Assembly: GCA_008632985.1 (NCBI GenBank)
Contig: QPGO01000192.1
Location: 121,718 to 141,717 of the forward strand
Origin: Psammoneis japonica
Lineage: Eukaryota
Direction: 5' to 3'
Length of the DNA: 20,000 nt
Both the position numbers and the translations under genes were made by a program. Positions within the stretch are counted from its first letter, which is position 1; every line of letters starts with the position of its first letter. Below the pieces are notes generated by a model. It searched no databases. It was not told the origin of the DNA and worked only from the letters and a program-made list of their open reading frames with translations. Shown one piece after another: positions 1-10,265 of this stretch.

Positions 1-60
1 AAAGCACTTTGCAAAAAATTGACCACCCCAGCACCTCAGTGCTGTCACACGTGTTTTGCG

Positions 61-198
61 CACTCCAGTTTTGACTTGAAAGTCAGCTGCTGCCAGCCAG
101 AAACCCAGCAAGATTTTTTGATCTCCTCACTTTCTCACTGCTGTCTCTCACACATGTGTGGGCACTCCTGTGTCAACCTGAAAGTTGGCTGCTGCAGC
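61..198 (+). repeat. Degenerate direct repeat, ~36 bp unit, ~102 bp apart
   Basis: cactccagttttgacttgaaagtcagctgctgc (from 61) vs cactcctgtgtcaacctgaaagttggctgctgc (from 163). The differences are mostly transitions. Confidence 0.55.
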
Positions 199-560
199 AA
201 ACCCGGCAATGTGTGGCAGATGGCGAGCCTTCCAAAGCTGCCAAAGAGTGTGCAGAGAGCACACAGCTTGTGTGCACATGTGGTGTGATGCCTGTGGAAC
301 ATTTCTCCTGCAACAGACTTCCAACAAATGGATTTTTTTCTGTCTCCAAGGGAGTCATGGTCAACATCAGCGGTGGTGCACCCCTCTGCAAAAACGAGTC
401 CAGCAAAAAAGGGAGGTGCGCAGAGACCATTTTGTTGTCTCCGAGACAACACATTGGCCAAGTGCAAACTGAAAGCAGCAGCATTGCATTTTAGCAAACC
501 AACTGCAAACTGGGGTGTGGGTGTTGTGACAGAGCTTGACAAGAAAAGGCTGCACCAACA

Positions 561-980
561 GTGCCAGCAATCTCTCCCATCACTCTTTTGAAGAGCAGCC
601 ACCCCCCTGAGGTGGCCAGCGGGCATTGTTGTTTTGTTCTCAGGGCTGCTGGAGGCTTTCATGTTCAAATGGTCCATCATTTCTGCACGTTGAAGGAGAT
701 TCGATGTTTTCTTGACAGGCAAACAATGAGCAGTGATGAGTGTGATGGAGCAGAAGAATTCGCCGAAAACCAACTCTTTGTCACCAATGGTGCATCCCAC
801 GGAATTGAGCTGATTTGTTCAACCTTCACCTCTCCCGGAGACGTGGTGTTTGTAGAACGTCCCACCTGCTTTCTTGCAGCCGACATCTTTCGAAGCCACG
901 GGCTCAGAGTGAGTGGCCTGCCAATGATCCCAACCGAGAACAATCCATTCCTCCTCAAACATGATGGATTTTTGAAATGA
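561..980 (+). pseudogene. Truncated, mutated PLP-dependent class I/II aminotransferase fragment (2-aminoadipate transaminase/MocR-like)
   Basis: LFVTNGASHGIELICSTFTSPGDVVFVERPTCFLAADIFRSHGLRV matches the family segment 'xxTxGAxxxL...PGDxVxVExPTY'. The conserved Tyr is Cys (TGC 867-869). The frame stops at 978-980, well before the PLP-binding Lys. Confidence 0.8.
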
Positions 981-1576
981 CACAGCCCAAAGTGATCAAT
1001 CAGTCGATGCGGGCCAATCGTTCGTCGCATGTCCGACATTCCGGGTGCTTGGCACGAATGAATCATCAATCACTCCGACTCAGGACTAAAAACCCTGTGC
1101 CCACGTAGAAAACTACGTGTTGAGATACCACGCAAAATTAAAATACACATGTGGCAATTTGTCGCGTGGCAGTCGTTGAAATATTTATGTCCGAGAAAGA
1201 GTTCGTTATCCCCAGCAAACAACCTGACGGTACGGGGTATCTGGTACAATATCTACGCAAAAGCACCGGAACCCTTGAGAGGTTCGTTTCGTGTACAAAT
1301 TCGAGCTCGTGGTGGGGTGGCATGTTGTTTCGGCAAAGTTGCTTTTTACGACAGTGTCAAGGTGATGTGTTTTACAGTGTATGGATGACCATGAACAGCA
1401 GCAGAAGAAGTAGTGTAGGGCCGCACATGAGTTAAAAAGAGACACTCTCTGTTTGAAATAGTCCTGCTTGAATCGGAATTGATCATCCCCTCTGTGCCAG
1501 GTTTAGCGTCGAGCAGCAAAAACGCTGTCAATTTCAAGTGTCCATCAGTCGCAACTCGAAACTGAAAGAAACGGGA

Positions 1577-3583
1577 ATGGTGGTGGTGCATCGTCATGTC
1601 TCTGCACTCTTGTCGCTGCTTACTCTGCTTCATAGAGCAGTAGTCACAGCATACCGCTATGCAGTGATTCCGAAAAGAATCAACAGTCCTTTTTTCGAGG
1701 CGGTCCGCCAGGGATGCGAGCATCAAGCACGGCAATACGACAATGTTGAATGCGTGTACACTGGACCTGCCGACACTACCAATTTGACAGAACGACAAGT
1801 GGAAATATTGACAGAGCTACTACCCACAATTGATGGGTTTGCCATTGCCGTCAAGGACGCTACCGTTATTGGAGATTTGATTGATTCTGCCGTGGAAACA
1901 GGCAAGTTTGCTCTAACTTTTGACAGTGATGCAGAGGACAGCATGCGAAACGCATACGTGGGGACCGACAATTACAAGTTTGGGAGGGAGCTTGCGCATG
2001 TCCTATTGCAGCTCGCACCAGAGGGCGGGTCGTATGGTATAATAACGGGAAGCTTTACGTCTCCAAACCTTGTTGCAAGGGTCAATGGAGTCCGTGATGG
2101 TTTGAAAAGGAGCGAGTGGGTCGAAGTGGCAAGCTCACCACGCAATGGTCTCGGAAAACCTTTGGTCGCGGTTCAAGAAATGGAAGATCTTGCGCAGCTA
2201 TATCCTGACATACGGGCCATTATCCCCGTTGGGGGTTGGCCCATGTACGATGAGGAAGCTTGGCAGTCGTTTGTAGGAAAGTACCCACGTATTGTCACGG
2301 TTTGCGCAGATGCGCTTGACATTCAAATTCAATTAATGAATCGAGGAATGGTCAATGGACTTGTTGGACAGCTTCCGTTTCAATTTGGGCAGTTTGCGAT
2401 TGAAAAGCTACACCTTCTCAAGACTAGTCAAGTCCAGGGCTTACCGGCCCCTTTTCCAAATGGCAGCATCTTCCCGACGGCAGTCCTTAATGTGTTACAG
2501 ATTCCACAGAATCTTCCGCCTTTGACGGAGGATATGAATTACATTGGATCCTTGGCCATACTTGGTTATGTGCTCTTTGGTATCATCGTAGCGTCATGCT
2601 TTGTGTTTGCGGGATGGACCTATGTCAATCGCAACTCTCCCGTGGTGCTACTCTCTCAACCGCCATTTCTTTATATGATTCTCGCTGGGGTTTTGATTAT
2701 GGGGGCAGCAATCATTCCTTTATCGATTGATGATGAGAAGCATTCTACAAGAGGATGTAGCATTGCTTGTATGTGCGTTCCTTGGTTAATTACCATTGGC
2801 TTTGTTACTACATTTTCGGCCCTCTTTAGCAAGACGTGGCGTCTCAACAGAATCCATAGGAACGCTCAGAACTTTCGACGCGTCCAGGTAACTGTGGCGG
2901 ACGTCCTCGTACCGTTTGCTTTGCTATTGACGTTGAACGTCATTGTCTTGCTTTGCTGGACTCTGATTGCACCTTTGCAATACGAACGAAGAGCATCAGC
3001 GGGGACAGACAATTGGAATCGGGTGTCAAGAAGTTACTACGGTGCCTGCTTTGGACCAGACGATGTCAAGGGAGGAGCTACTCCATATGTCGTGCTGCTT
3101 GTGGTGATTAACTTTTCGGTCATTATTGTTGCAAACATCCAGGCCTACAAGGCGAGAAAGATCCAGAAGATCTACATGGATGAGTCCAAATACATTGGCT
3201 ACATTATGCTCAGCATTCTCCAGGGGTGGATGGTGGGAATTCCGATACTGGCACTATCACGCGATGATCCTCAAGCATCCTTTGTCGTGTTGTCAGTCAT
3301 CATTTTTGCCACTTCAATGGCGACGCTCCTTTTCCTTTTCGTGCCAAAAATTACTACTGACAAGGAAAGCTTAACAGATGGCCAGAGGCATTCATCAACG
3401 GTTGAAGCAATTCGAAACGCAGTGGCGGTGAGCGCCTTGGATAAAGAAAGCGAGATAGGAACGATACAAGAGGAAGATTCATCAAACATTGCTTCGAACG
3501 CTCCGATAAAGAGGTCGGAAAATGGTGGAGACGGGACTACCGCACTCGCTAACGTTGATGAAACGCACGTTGGGCTGCGATGA
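1577..3583 (+). CDS. Class C (GABA-B-like, 7tm_3) GPCR with N-terminal periplasmic sugar-binding (RbsB-like, type I PBP) domain; intronless
   Basis: ATG 1577 starts a signal peptide (MVVVHRHVSALLSLLTLLHRAVVTA). The PBP-like region has NSPFFEAVRQGC, TFDSDA...YVGTDNYKFG, ARVNGVRDGL and GLVGQLPFQFG. Seven hydrophobic helices follow, with class C motifs SQPPFL, FSKTWR, DESKYI and LFVPKI. Confidence 0.9.
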   Translation: MVVVHRHVSALLSLLTLLHRAVVTAYRYAVIPKRINSPFFEAVRQGCEHQARQYDNVECVYTGPADTTNLTERQVEILTELLPTIDGFAIAVKDATVIGDLIDSAVETGKFALTFDSDAEDSMRNAYVGTDNYKFGRELAHVLLQLAPEGGSYGIITGSFTSPNLVARVNGVRDGLKRSEWVEVASSPRNGLGKPLVAVQEMEDLAQLYPDIRAIIPVGGWPMYDEEAWQSFVGKYPRIVTVCADALDIQIQLMNRGMVNGLVGQLPFQFGQFAIEKLHLLKTSQVQGLPAPFPNGSIFPTAVLNVLQIPQNLPPLTEDMNYIGSLAILGYVLFGIIVASCFVFAGWTYVNRNSPVVLLSQPPFLYMILAGVLIMGAAIIPLSIDDEKHSTRGCSIACMCVPWLITIGFVTTFSALFSKTWRLNRIHRNAQNFRRVQVTVADVLVPFALLLTLNVIVLLCWTLIAPLQYERRASAGTDNWNRVSRSYYGACFGPDDVKGGATPYVVLLVVINFSVIIVANIQAYKARKIQKIYMDESKYIGYIMLSILQGWMVGIPILALSRDDPQASFVVLSVIIFATSMATLLFLFVPKITTDKESLTDGQRHSSTVEAIRNAVAVSALDKESEIGTIQEEDSSNIASNAPIKRSENGGDGTTALANVDETHVGLR

Positions 3584-3879
3584 TCAGGTAGAGTAACAAC
3601 CGAGAGTGGCACGCTCAATCTGGCAACAAAGCAACTTCGAAACAATCGTTGATCCGCGCCGCAATCAAAGGGGCACATGGTAGCTTTTGAATCATACGTT
3701 CTTCCGTGAGGAGAATCATAATTCCGATGGGAGGGTCGTGCAATTTCTGCACGGAATGATGTGCCAGCAGATTCGCCCGGAGGGGTGGGGGGAGCGGAAA
3801 AATCGGTTCTTAGTTAATGACAGCGTTGGCTGTGCTCTCTAGTAGAGTAGCTAGCAAGTAGTGGTCCTCTACTAGTAGC

Positions 3880-3963
3880 TAGTAGAGAGTAATGTCTATT
3901 CGAATCTGCCTGAGTACGTAGTAGTAGAGAGTAATGTCTATTCGAATCTGCCTGAGTACGTAG
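3880..3963. repeat. Perfect 42-bp tandem duplication within a TAG-rich tract between convergent genes
   Basis: tagtagagagtaatgtctattcgaatctgcctgagtacgtag occurs at 3880-3921 and 3922-3963. Confidence 0.95.
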
Positions 3964-4081
3964 TATGTAAGCATCAAGATTTCACCCGGTTTCTCGTATC
4001 TTTCATGTACCTATAACGCTTTGCGTTTACCAAGACGCTCGATCTCCTCATGTTGAACAGTTTATATAACTCTTCTTGGGT

Positions 4082-7000
4082 TTATGCGGCTTTTGAGGCA
4101 AAGAATTCCATTTTTCTCTTTGACGCTTTCGCGGACTTCACTTTTGGCATTTCAGGACGAAAAGCCTGCTCTGAAACGGTGCCTTCTCCCTCTGTTACAC
4201 CCTCTCCTACCCAAAATGTGACCATATCCCCTTTGCCCTTGACCGGAACCTTACCACGCTTGGTCAGCGGCACGGACGGATCCTGATCTCGGAGGAGGAG
4301 CGCAGAACGCTCAGAAGCCTGTATCCTCCCAGCCACACTGGTAGACTCCATTCTGCTGCTGACATTGACACAGTCCCCAAATAATCCATAACGAGGGTTC
4401 AACGAGCCTACAACGTTGCTGACGACTGGTCCAGAATGAAATCCTACGCGAATTTGGACGAAACCTTTTTCAGGGTCCTCTTCGTCAATCAAAGTATCAC
4501 CGGCTGCCTTGACAGCATCCAAGGCAAAGTGAGCGATTCTCTGCACATGGTCGTCCGATTGATCCTGAACAAGGTTGCAGACACCCATGAAAGCGTCGCC
4601 AATCGTTTCCACTTTTCTCGTGGGGTCGTGGAGGGAATTTTGGTTGTAAGCAAATTATAGAACACATTTTGCAAAGCACAGTACAGACCAAACAGAAGGA
4701 TTACCTTTGAACACTTCATGTTTTCGAGCAAGATTGTCAAATGCTAGATAGAGCCTATCCAGCATGTTGGACACCTTCAAAGGTTCCGACTCACTTGCAA
4801 TCGCGGTGAAGCCTACTATGTCAGAAAAGAAAATGGTGACGCAATCGTGCGACTCCGGCTCAACCTTCCGTCCGGCAAGTAGAGAATTGGCAATGTGTCT
4901 TGGGAATACATCATAAAGGACTTCTGCACTTCGTCCGCTCTTTTGCTTGGCAAAACGACTTCGACGGTCTACTCCTGGCTCAACTGTTTTACAGTCTAAC
5001 AACTTCAGACGCCGGTCGAGTTCTTTGGCAGTTGGACGAAGCTGTGGGTCTCCCTCCAAGCAGTCTTTCATTAACGTTGCAATCGTCGGAGGACATCCGG
5101 GGGGGATCTTGGGACGCTTGTTTATTCTTGGGTCGCATATTTGTCTAATCACGTCATCATAGCTCTCTCCCTGGAAAGGATCCTTCCTCGAGTACAATTC
5201 GTAAAGAATCATGCCGAAAGAATACAAATCAGATTCCGCGGTCGAGCCACTCTCGCGACGTAGAAGCTCTGGTGCCATCCAAAAAGGTGTCCCTTGTCCT
5301 TTTCTTTCCTTTCGATCACCCTTTCGCGCAAGTCCAAAGTCCGCCACCTTGGCTCTGAATCTCGAATCAATGAGCACGTTTTGACTCTTCAAATCGCCAT
5401 GAATAATTTGCGGCGTTGCTGAATGAAGAAACAAAATCCCTTGACAAATATCTCGCAAAACATTCAAGCAAAAGTCGCCTTCAATTTGAAACGTGTCGTT
5501 GTGAATCACATCGCTAATTTGACAAGAAAAATGAGCAAAGGTCAGTACCAGCATTTTGGGCTGACAGGTTCTTGTCATCGTCAACTTACTAAAGGGAGCC
5601 ATGATCCGCGTATTCCATTATAATCAAAGTGTCTTCATCCCATCTCGATGCCAACACAGCGCCCATGATCGTGCTGATACATGGGTGACGCAACTTGGTA
5701 AGAAATCTTATCTCTTGAAGGAAGCTTTGCTTCAGCTGAGCATTGCTGTTTCGGCTTCTGAGGCTGAAGAGAGAAGACCCTCGCGTTTTCTTTCCTTCTT
5801 CAGCCGCTTCGAGATCAACGGAAGCGAACGCGCTTTTTGAGCATCCGTCAGAGGTCACATGACTTTTGACTCCTTGCTCATTGCGCTTGTAAGCGCATTT
5901 TACTGCGACCTTTGTTCCACGATATTCAGCCAATAGGATGCTGCCGAAAGCACCTTCTCCGATTTTTTGAACCGGTGTTCCGAAATGGAGCTCCTCGCGA
6001 TTGACAATCCAGAGGGCATCAGCCTGCTTTCTCTTGCGCTGAACGTAAACGTATATTGCAACAACAGTAAGCAAGCAGACAGGTAACGCGATGATCAGAA
6101 CTAGAATCCAAATTTGAATGCAGGAACTTCCAATGGACACTGTGTCACCCGCACATTGACAGTTGCCGTCAACATCCGGTTCTCGCGGGTCGGAGCCATA
6201 GTCTGAAGAGCAATCTCTTGCTTGAACCTCAACTCGGAGCGGCGACTCGGAGATCTGTTCCCCGTTAACAAACACCTCGAGAATAACAGTACCAACTTTC
6301 GTTGCAGAGACCGAGAATTGATATATGTTCTGCGATTCGGAGCTTCGAACGACCGGTATTGTCCTGGAAATTTCACCTTCGTGTACCACAGCGGTAATGA
6401 GAACTCCTTCGCTCGCTCGTTCTTTATTGTCTTTGGCATAGAATGTCAGCGCTTTTGTTTGCTGAAAACCACCACAAAGGGACATCTTAGAGCATCCTGT
6501 CTCCATAACGTCCTCTTCTGGGAAAACATCGACATCGAATCCCTTCCGACATGGACTACACAGACACTGAAAGCCCTCTTCGCAAAAAAGTCCAACTTGC
6601 TCGCAACCTTCATCGATTTCCTTTTTCGACTTTTTGAAATACCCATTAGGACACGTTATTGCGTTATAGAGTTCCGCTGGACGGTTGCAGCGCCAGGTGT
6701 TCGTTATCGGATCCTTGTGAATGAAATCGTTGTCCTGCAGCATCGAGCGTATCTCTATGTACGAGAGTGTAGTTCTGAAATCAGCATACTTTCCATTTAT
6801 CAATGCCACTCTCGCATATTTTGCAATTTCTTTTGTCGTGTCACATCTTGCATCTACGTCAAACTCTTTCGGGAAAGAGAATGTTTCGCAGACTGACTGC
6901 CCAAGTTGCTCGATGCATTCTTCCAAGGCGAAACCCAACCTACCGTGAGCTGACAGAGAAAGCATAGCAGTTTGCACCTCAAGAGACACTTCTTCCGAAA

Positions 7001-7985
7001 TATGAGTTAGGGCGGCCAGGTTCCATTCGGGGTAGAGCTGAGTTGAGGCCTCAAAGCTTAAAGGCAGATACTGGGGAGTGAGAAGAAAACCCAACCGACT
7101 ACATACACGTGGCTTTGATGTCACTTACGGAAATGGTTCATTGAATAGCACGTTCGTCTTTGGTTCCAACACTTTGAAAAGGCTAGGATCAATTGCGAGT
7201 CCATCATTATCTTTTGTTCTTTCTATTTGATCAGTTCTTACGAATCCCGCATCGAACTCGCCGCTGAGAACTCCACGCACAATTCTTCCTTGGTTCCCTG
7301 TAAAGACGAGCTGCTTGAAATCGTTAATGAAGGATAGTCCAGCATTTTGAACTTCACGAAATTGCACCTGACCACCACCAAAAGATGAAATCGCGGCAGC
7401 AGCAACTATTTTCCCCTCTAAATCCTTCAAACTGGTAATCTCGGTATTGTTTGCTCTTGCCGTGATGACGCCAGCGAACTTTGGGAGATTGTACACTTGG
7501 TTTCCGACCACTCTCTTTGAAATATGGGAGACCAAAGACTCAGCTCCGTATTCGGATTCAATACACGAGAAGGGACTAGGACTGGTGTAAATGAAATCAA
7601 TCGTCTTTGCTTCCGTTTCGTCAAACATTGTCTGAAAATCAATGGGTTTCATTTCAAATCGGATAGGAGGGTCAAACTTCTTTCCTGCGGCTTCCGTCAA
7701 ATACTCAGTAAATGTAACACCATGCTGGGCAAATGCAGTTCCCGGTCCTCGAAACTCCAGAACACCAACGGTATATACTTGCTTGTGCCTTTTCGCATCG
7801 AACGGCCGAGGTTTGGTACATGCACCGCAAGAGACGTCCGTTTCAGTTGCCATCGGGAATGTCGTGCTGTTGTATGATTCTTCTGGTTCGTTTTCTTGCA
7901 AACGACGTTCCATTTTTGTGTTGCTAGAAACCCCTGTCACCAAAAGGTGACTAATGCAATAACTGAAAACGAAAAGTGCTCTCAT
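4082..7985 (-). CDS. Receptor-type nucleotide (probably guanylate) cyclase: signal peptide, PhnD-like phosphonate-binding PBP, Cys-rich and Ig/filamin-like region, TM, protein kinase, class III cyclase; ~1220 aa, 4 exons
   Basis: Exons 7985-7129, 7056-5590, 5513-4705 and 4611-4082 total 3663 nt and stay in frame. The joins read EPFP|FEASTQLYPEW, HGSLY|DVIHN and EVFKV|ETIGDAFM. Kinase motifs: GEGAFG, VAVK, HGDLKSQN, DFG, GTPFWMAPE. Cyclase motifs: VTIFFSDIVGFT, VETIGD, RVGFHSGPV, RYGLFGDCVNVSSRMES. Confidence 0.9.
4612..4704 (-). other. Intron 3 of receptor cyclase (93 nt)
   Basis: Donor GTAAT at 4704, acceptor AAAG at 4612. The join gives the canonical cyclase motif FKVETIGD. Confidence 0.85.
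5514..5589 (-). other. Intron 2 of receptor cyclase (76 nt)
   Basis: Donor GTAAGT at 5589, branch-like CTGAC at ~5541-5545, acceptor TAG at 5514. The join TA|C gives the kinase segment GSLYD. Confidence 0.9.
7057..7128 (-). other. Intron 1 of receptor cyclase (72 nt)
   Basis: Donor GTAAGT at 7128 and acceptor TAAG at 7057 restore the frame (CC|C TTT GAG). The nearby CAG at 7071 gives an immediate stop. Confidence 0.75.
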
Positions 7986-8651
7986 GACGATAGTTTGATT
8001 GTTTCACGATTGCCGGTTGGGACTGATGACTCTCGTCCGATATCCTGCCAGTTCACCCACTTCTACTCGTTAACTTTTTGTATGAGAAGCCTGTTACGGC
8101 AAAAAAGCAAGAGGATGTGGTGATTGATGATCGAAGCAGTCAATGCATCTGCAGCAACCCGTGATCATCCGCGGTTTGGGATCGATTCTTTTTAGGTTTG
8201 ACAAAAGGTCATTCAATCGTGCTTTCTGCTTGCGGCATAAATCCCCCCTATTGCCTTATGACCTCAACCGAAACGAAATGACTTCTTTGATGACTCCGGC
8301 TCCGCTGGATTTGTTGCTTTGTATTTTCCAGAGCTCGGAGCTCGAGATGGAAGATGGACGAGCTTCGACGAACCTCAATCGAGCGAGCGAGATCTCAACA
8401 CTCTGAACTCCACTTGTACTGTACCGGTAGTCAGTTACCATAGGACCCTCTAGACTATTCTACATGGCCTCCTGGACGCTAGTACTGGGAGATTCTTCAC
8501 AAATAAGCCACGGGGAATGACTCCACTTACTTCCGTAGCCCGGGTGCAGGACGCGCCAACTGCAGTTGACGTTGTGCAGATTATTTTTTACCGGATCCAT
8601 CTTCACAAGGTAGTTTGTTGAATTTGGTACTCCGTTTTGTAGCCTTTGTGG

Positions 8652-10265
8652 TCAAACATGCCCTTCTGCATCGCCTTCAGTCCAACAAACAGCCTCGAGA
8701 AGAGAGCCCACAATATACAATGATCCAGTGACACAAACTTCAACACCTTCGTGTTGCTTGTCGCCCATTGCACGACCTTTGATTCTCTCCAAAGCATCAG
8801 GCACGGTCAAGCTGGAAAAGATGGTTGAGCCACGGTTTGCAGTCCTTTCCAGATGCTTCCAAATGTTGGCCAAGGTATCCTGCCATGATGTCTCTTGTTG
8901 GTGATGAAGAATGTCGTCATCAGGATCGACCGGTAACCCGCATTCTTTCAACAAGTCACGTGCACTTGACTTGTTTACCATACTTGGGCGTTCCGTGTTG
9001 GAACGACAAAAGTAAACCGTATCAAACAGTGTAGATTTTTGCAGGATCTGCAAGAGCGGCACTGGGTTGCGTTCATGACTGCAATTGAAAATGAGCGCCT
9101 TCTCTGCGTCTGCGTTGTCGTTGCAGATGCTTTGAAACCAGTCCATGCACGCTAGCATCGATATGACAGTATGCGCCCCGTCGCAACGAAAATGAATAAA
9201 AGCATTGTTGGTCTCGACTCCAACCGTCTGACACCGTCCTGGCCACGACGCTTGAGCAAGTGCGTCCTGTACACCCATATCCGCAACAGTCATGTTTTGT
9301 ACCAATGCTTCACACAAATGTACCGCCAATTCAGCATTGATGCGTTGGTGTCTTCCCTCCAAACCAAGCTTGTATTCGTTCGGAATCGATTCTCCCTCAC
9401 CAACAACATGAAGCTCTTGTCCCATTCCTTCAGTATACGCGCATTGGCGAAGCACGGCAAGGACGGATGGAGGGTTGGTATTGACAGCAAACAAGCGCTT
9501 TGACTGGTTACTATCTGACGATGACAATGGCTGTAGCACTACTGGTTTTTCTTGATCGGTTTGTTCTTCTGATGGCCGAGGCGTCACATTTTCGTTGCTT
9601 GCTTTGTGCACAGCAAAGATTCCCCCCTTTTCCCATGCAATTTGTTCCAGTGTGTTTCCCAACACCCGCGTATGATCCAAATCCAACAAGGTCACACCAC
9701 AAATCACATTTTTATTTAAAGAATCAATCACATTGGTGGCATCGTACCGTCCGCCCATGCCCACTTCGAGAATCACAGCGTCCAGAGTCGGTTCTTGGTA
9801 GTTGGCAAAAACATACAGAGCCATGAGGGTCAGCATGCGAAAATATCCCGGCAATTGCGGCAATTCATCATCTTTATTGGATGGGTAGGTCTGTAGCTTT
9901 TCTCGTACATCAAAATACGCTTTTCCAAACACCTCTTTGGAAATCGGTTTGCCATTGACGCGAATGCGTTCTCGAATATCCACAAGGTGTGGAGACGAAA
10001 AGAGACCCGTATTCAACTTGTATCTTCTTCTGAGGATAGAATCACAAAAGGCCGCTGTGGAGCCTTTGCCTTTGGTTCCCGTAATATGAATAATGTTGTT
10101 TGGCAATTTTTTCGTTAGATGATTCAAGCGTTTCAGGTAGCATTGCATGTCGGACACGGTGTGAATGCGACGAGCAGCCGATTTTTCCAGAGCTTCTTTT
10201 GTGCGTGCTTGGTGGAGAGAAGAATAGAGTGCTGAAACCGCATCGTCAAATTGTGAGTCAGACAT
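8652..10265 (-). CDS. FPGS: Folylpolyglutamate synthase (eukaryotic FPGS/FolC family, Mur ligase fold)
   Basis: Motifs IHITGTKGKGST (P-loop), GLFSSPHLVDIRERIR, LEVGMGGRYDATN, LDHTRVLGNTLEQIAWEKGGIF, WPGRCQ, DGAHT and VTGSLYIVG. First in-frame ATG is at 10265 (MSDSQF). Confidence 0.95.
   Translation of the reverse strand: MSDSQFDDAVSALYSSLHQARTKEALEKSAARRIHTVSDMQCYLKRLNHLTKKLPNNIIHITGTKGKGSTAAFCDSILRRRYKLNTGLFSSPHLVDIRERIRVNGKPISKEVFGKAYFDVREKLQTYPSNKDDELPQLPGYFRMLTLMALYVFANYQEPTLDAVILEVGMGGRYDATNVIDSLNKNVICGVTLLDLDHTRVLGNTLEQIAWEKGGIFAVHKASNENVTPRPSEEQTDQEKPVVLQPLSSSDSNQSKRLFAVNTNPPSVLAVLRQCAYTEGMGQELHVVGEGESIPNEYKLGLEGRHQRINAELAVHLCEALVQNMTVADMGVQDALAQASWPGRCQTVGVETNNAFIHFRCDGAHTVISMLACMDWFQSICNDNADAEKALIFNCSHERNPVPLLQILQKSTLFDTVYFCRSNTERPSMVNKSSARDLLKECGLPVDPDDDILHHQQETSWQDTLANIWKHLERTANRGSTIFSSLTVPDALERIKGRAMGDKQHEGVEVCVTGSLYIVGSLLEAVCWTEGDAEGHV

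Larger units (their letters stand above)
1..1085. other. TpA-erased, CpG-depleted, TpG/CpA-rich degenerate block (left flank; probable silenced repeat/pseudogene region)
   Basis: Manual scan finds only 2 TA dinucleotides in 1-1085 (~492, ~853). CG is sparse before ~700. ORFs in all frames are Cys/His/Gln-rich and lack Tyr. Normal TA frequency resumes abruptly after ~1087. Confidence 0.9.

Noticed and set aside
1538..1576. ORF-track N-terminal extensions from non-ATG or intronic starts (GPCR 1538, FPGS 10343, nucleotidyltransferase 14689, cyclase exon 7124)
   Set aside because: This is a eukaryotic locus. Downstream ATGs or splicing give better models, with signal peptides where expected.
3880..3963. 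Possible CRISPR-like repeat
   Set aside because: Two directly abutting copies with no spacer, a eukaryotic context and no cas genes.
6222..6896. 224-aa plus-strand ORF and other antisense ORFs within genes
   Set aside because: They are shadows of well-supported genes on the opposite strand and carry no motifs.
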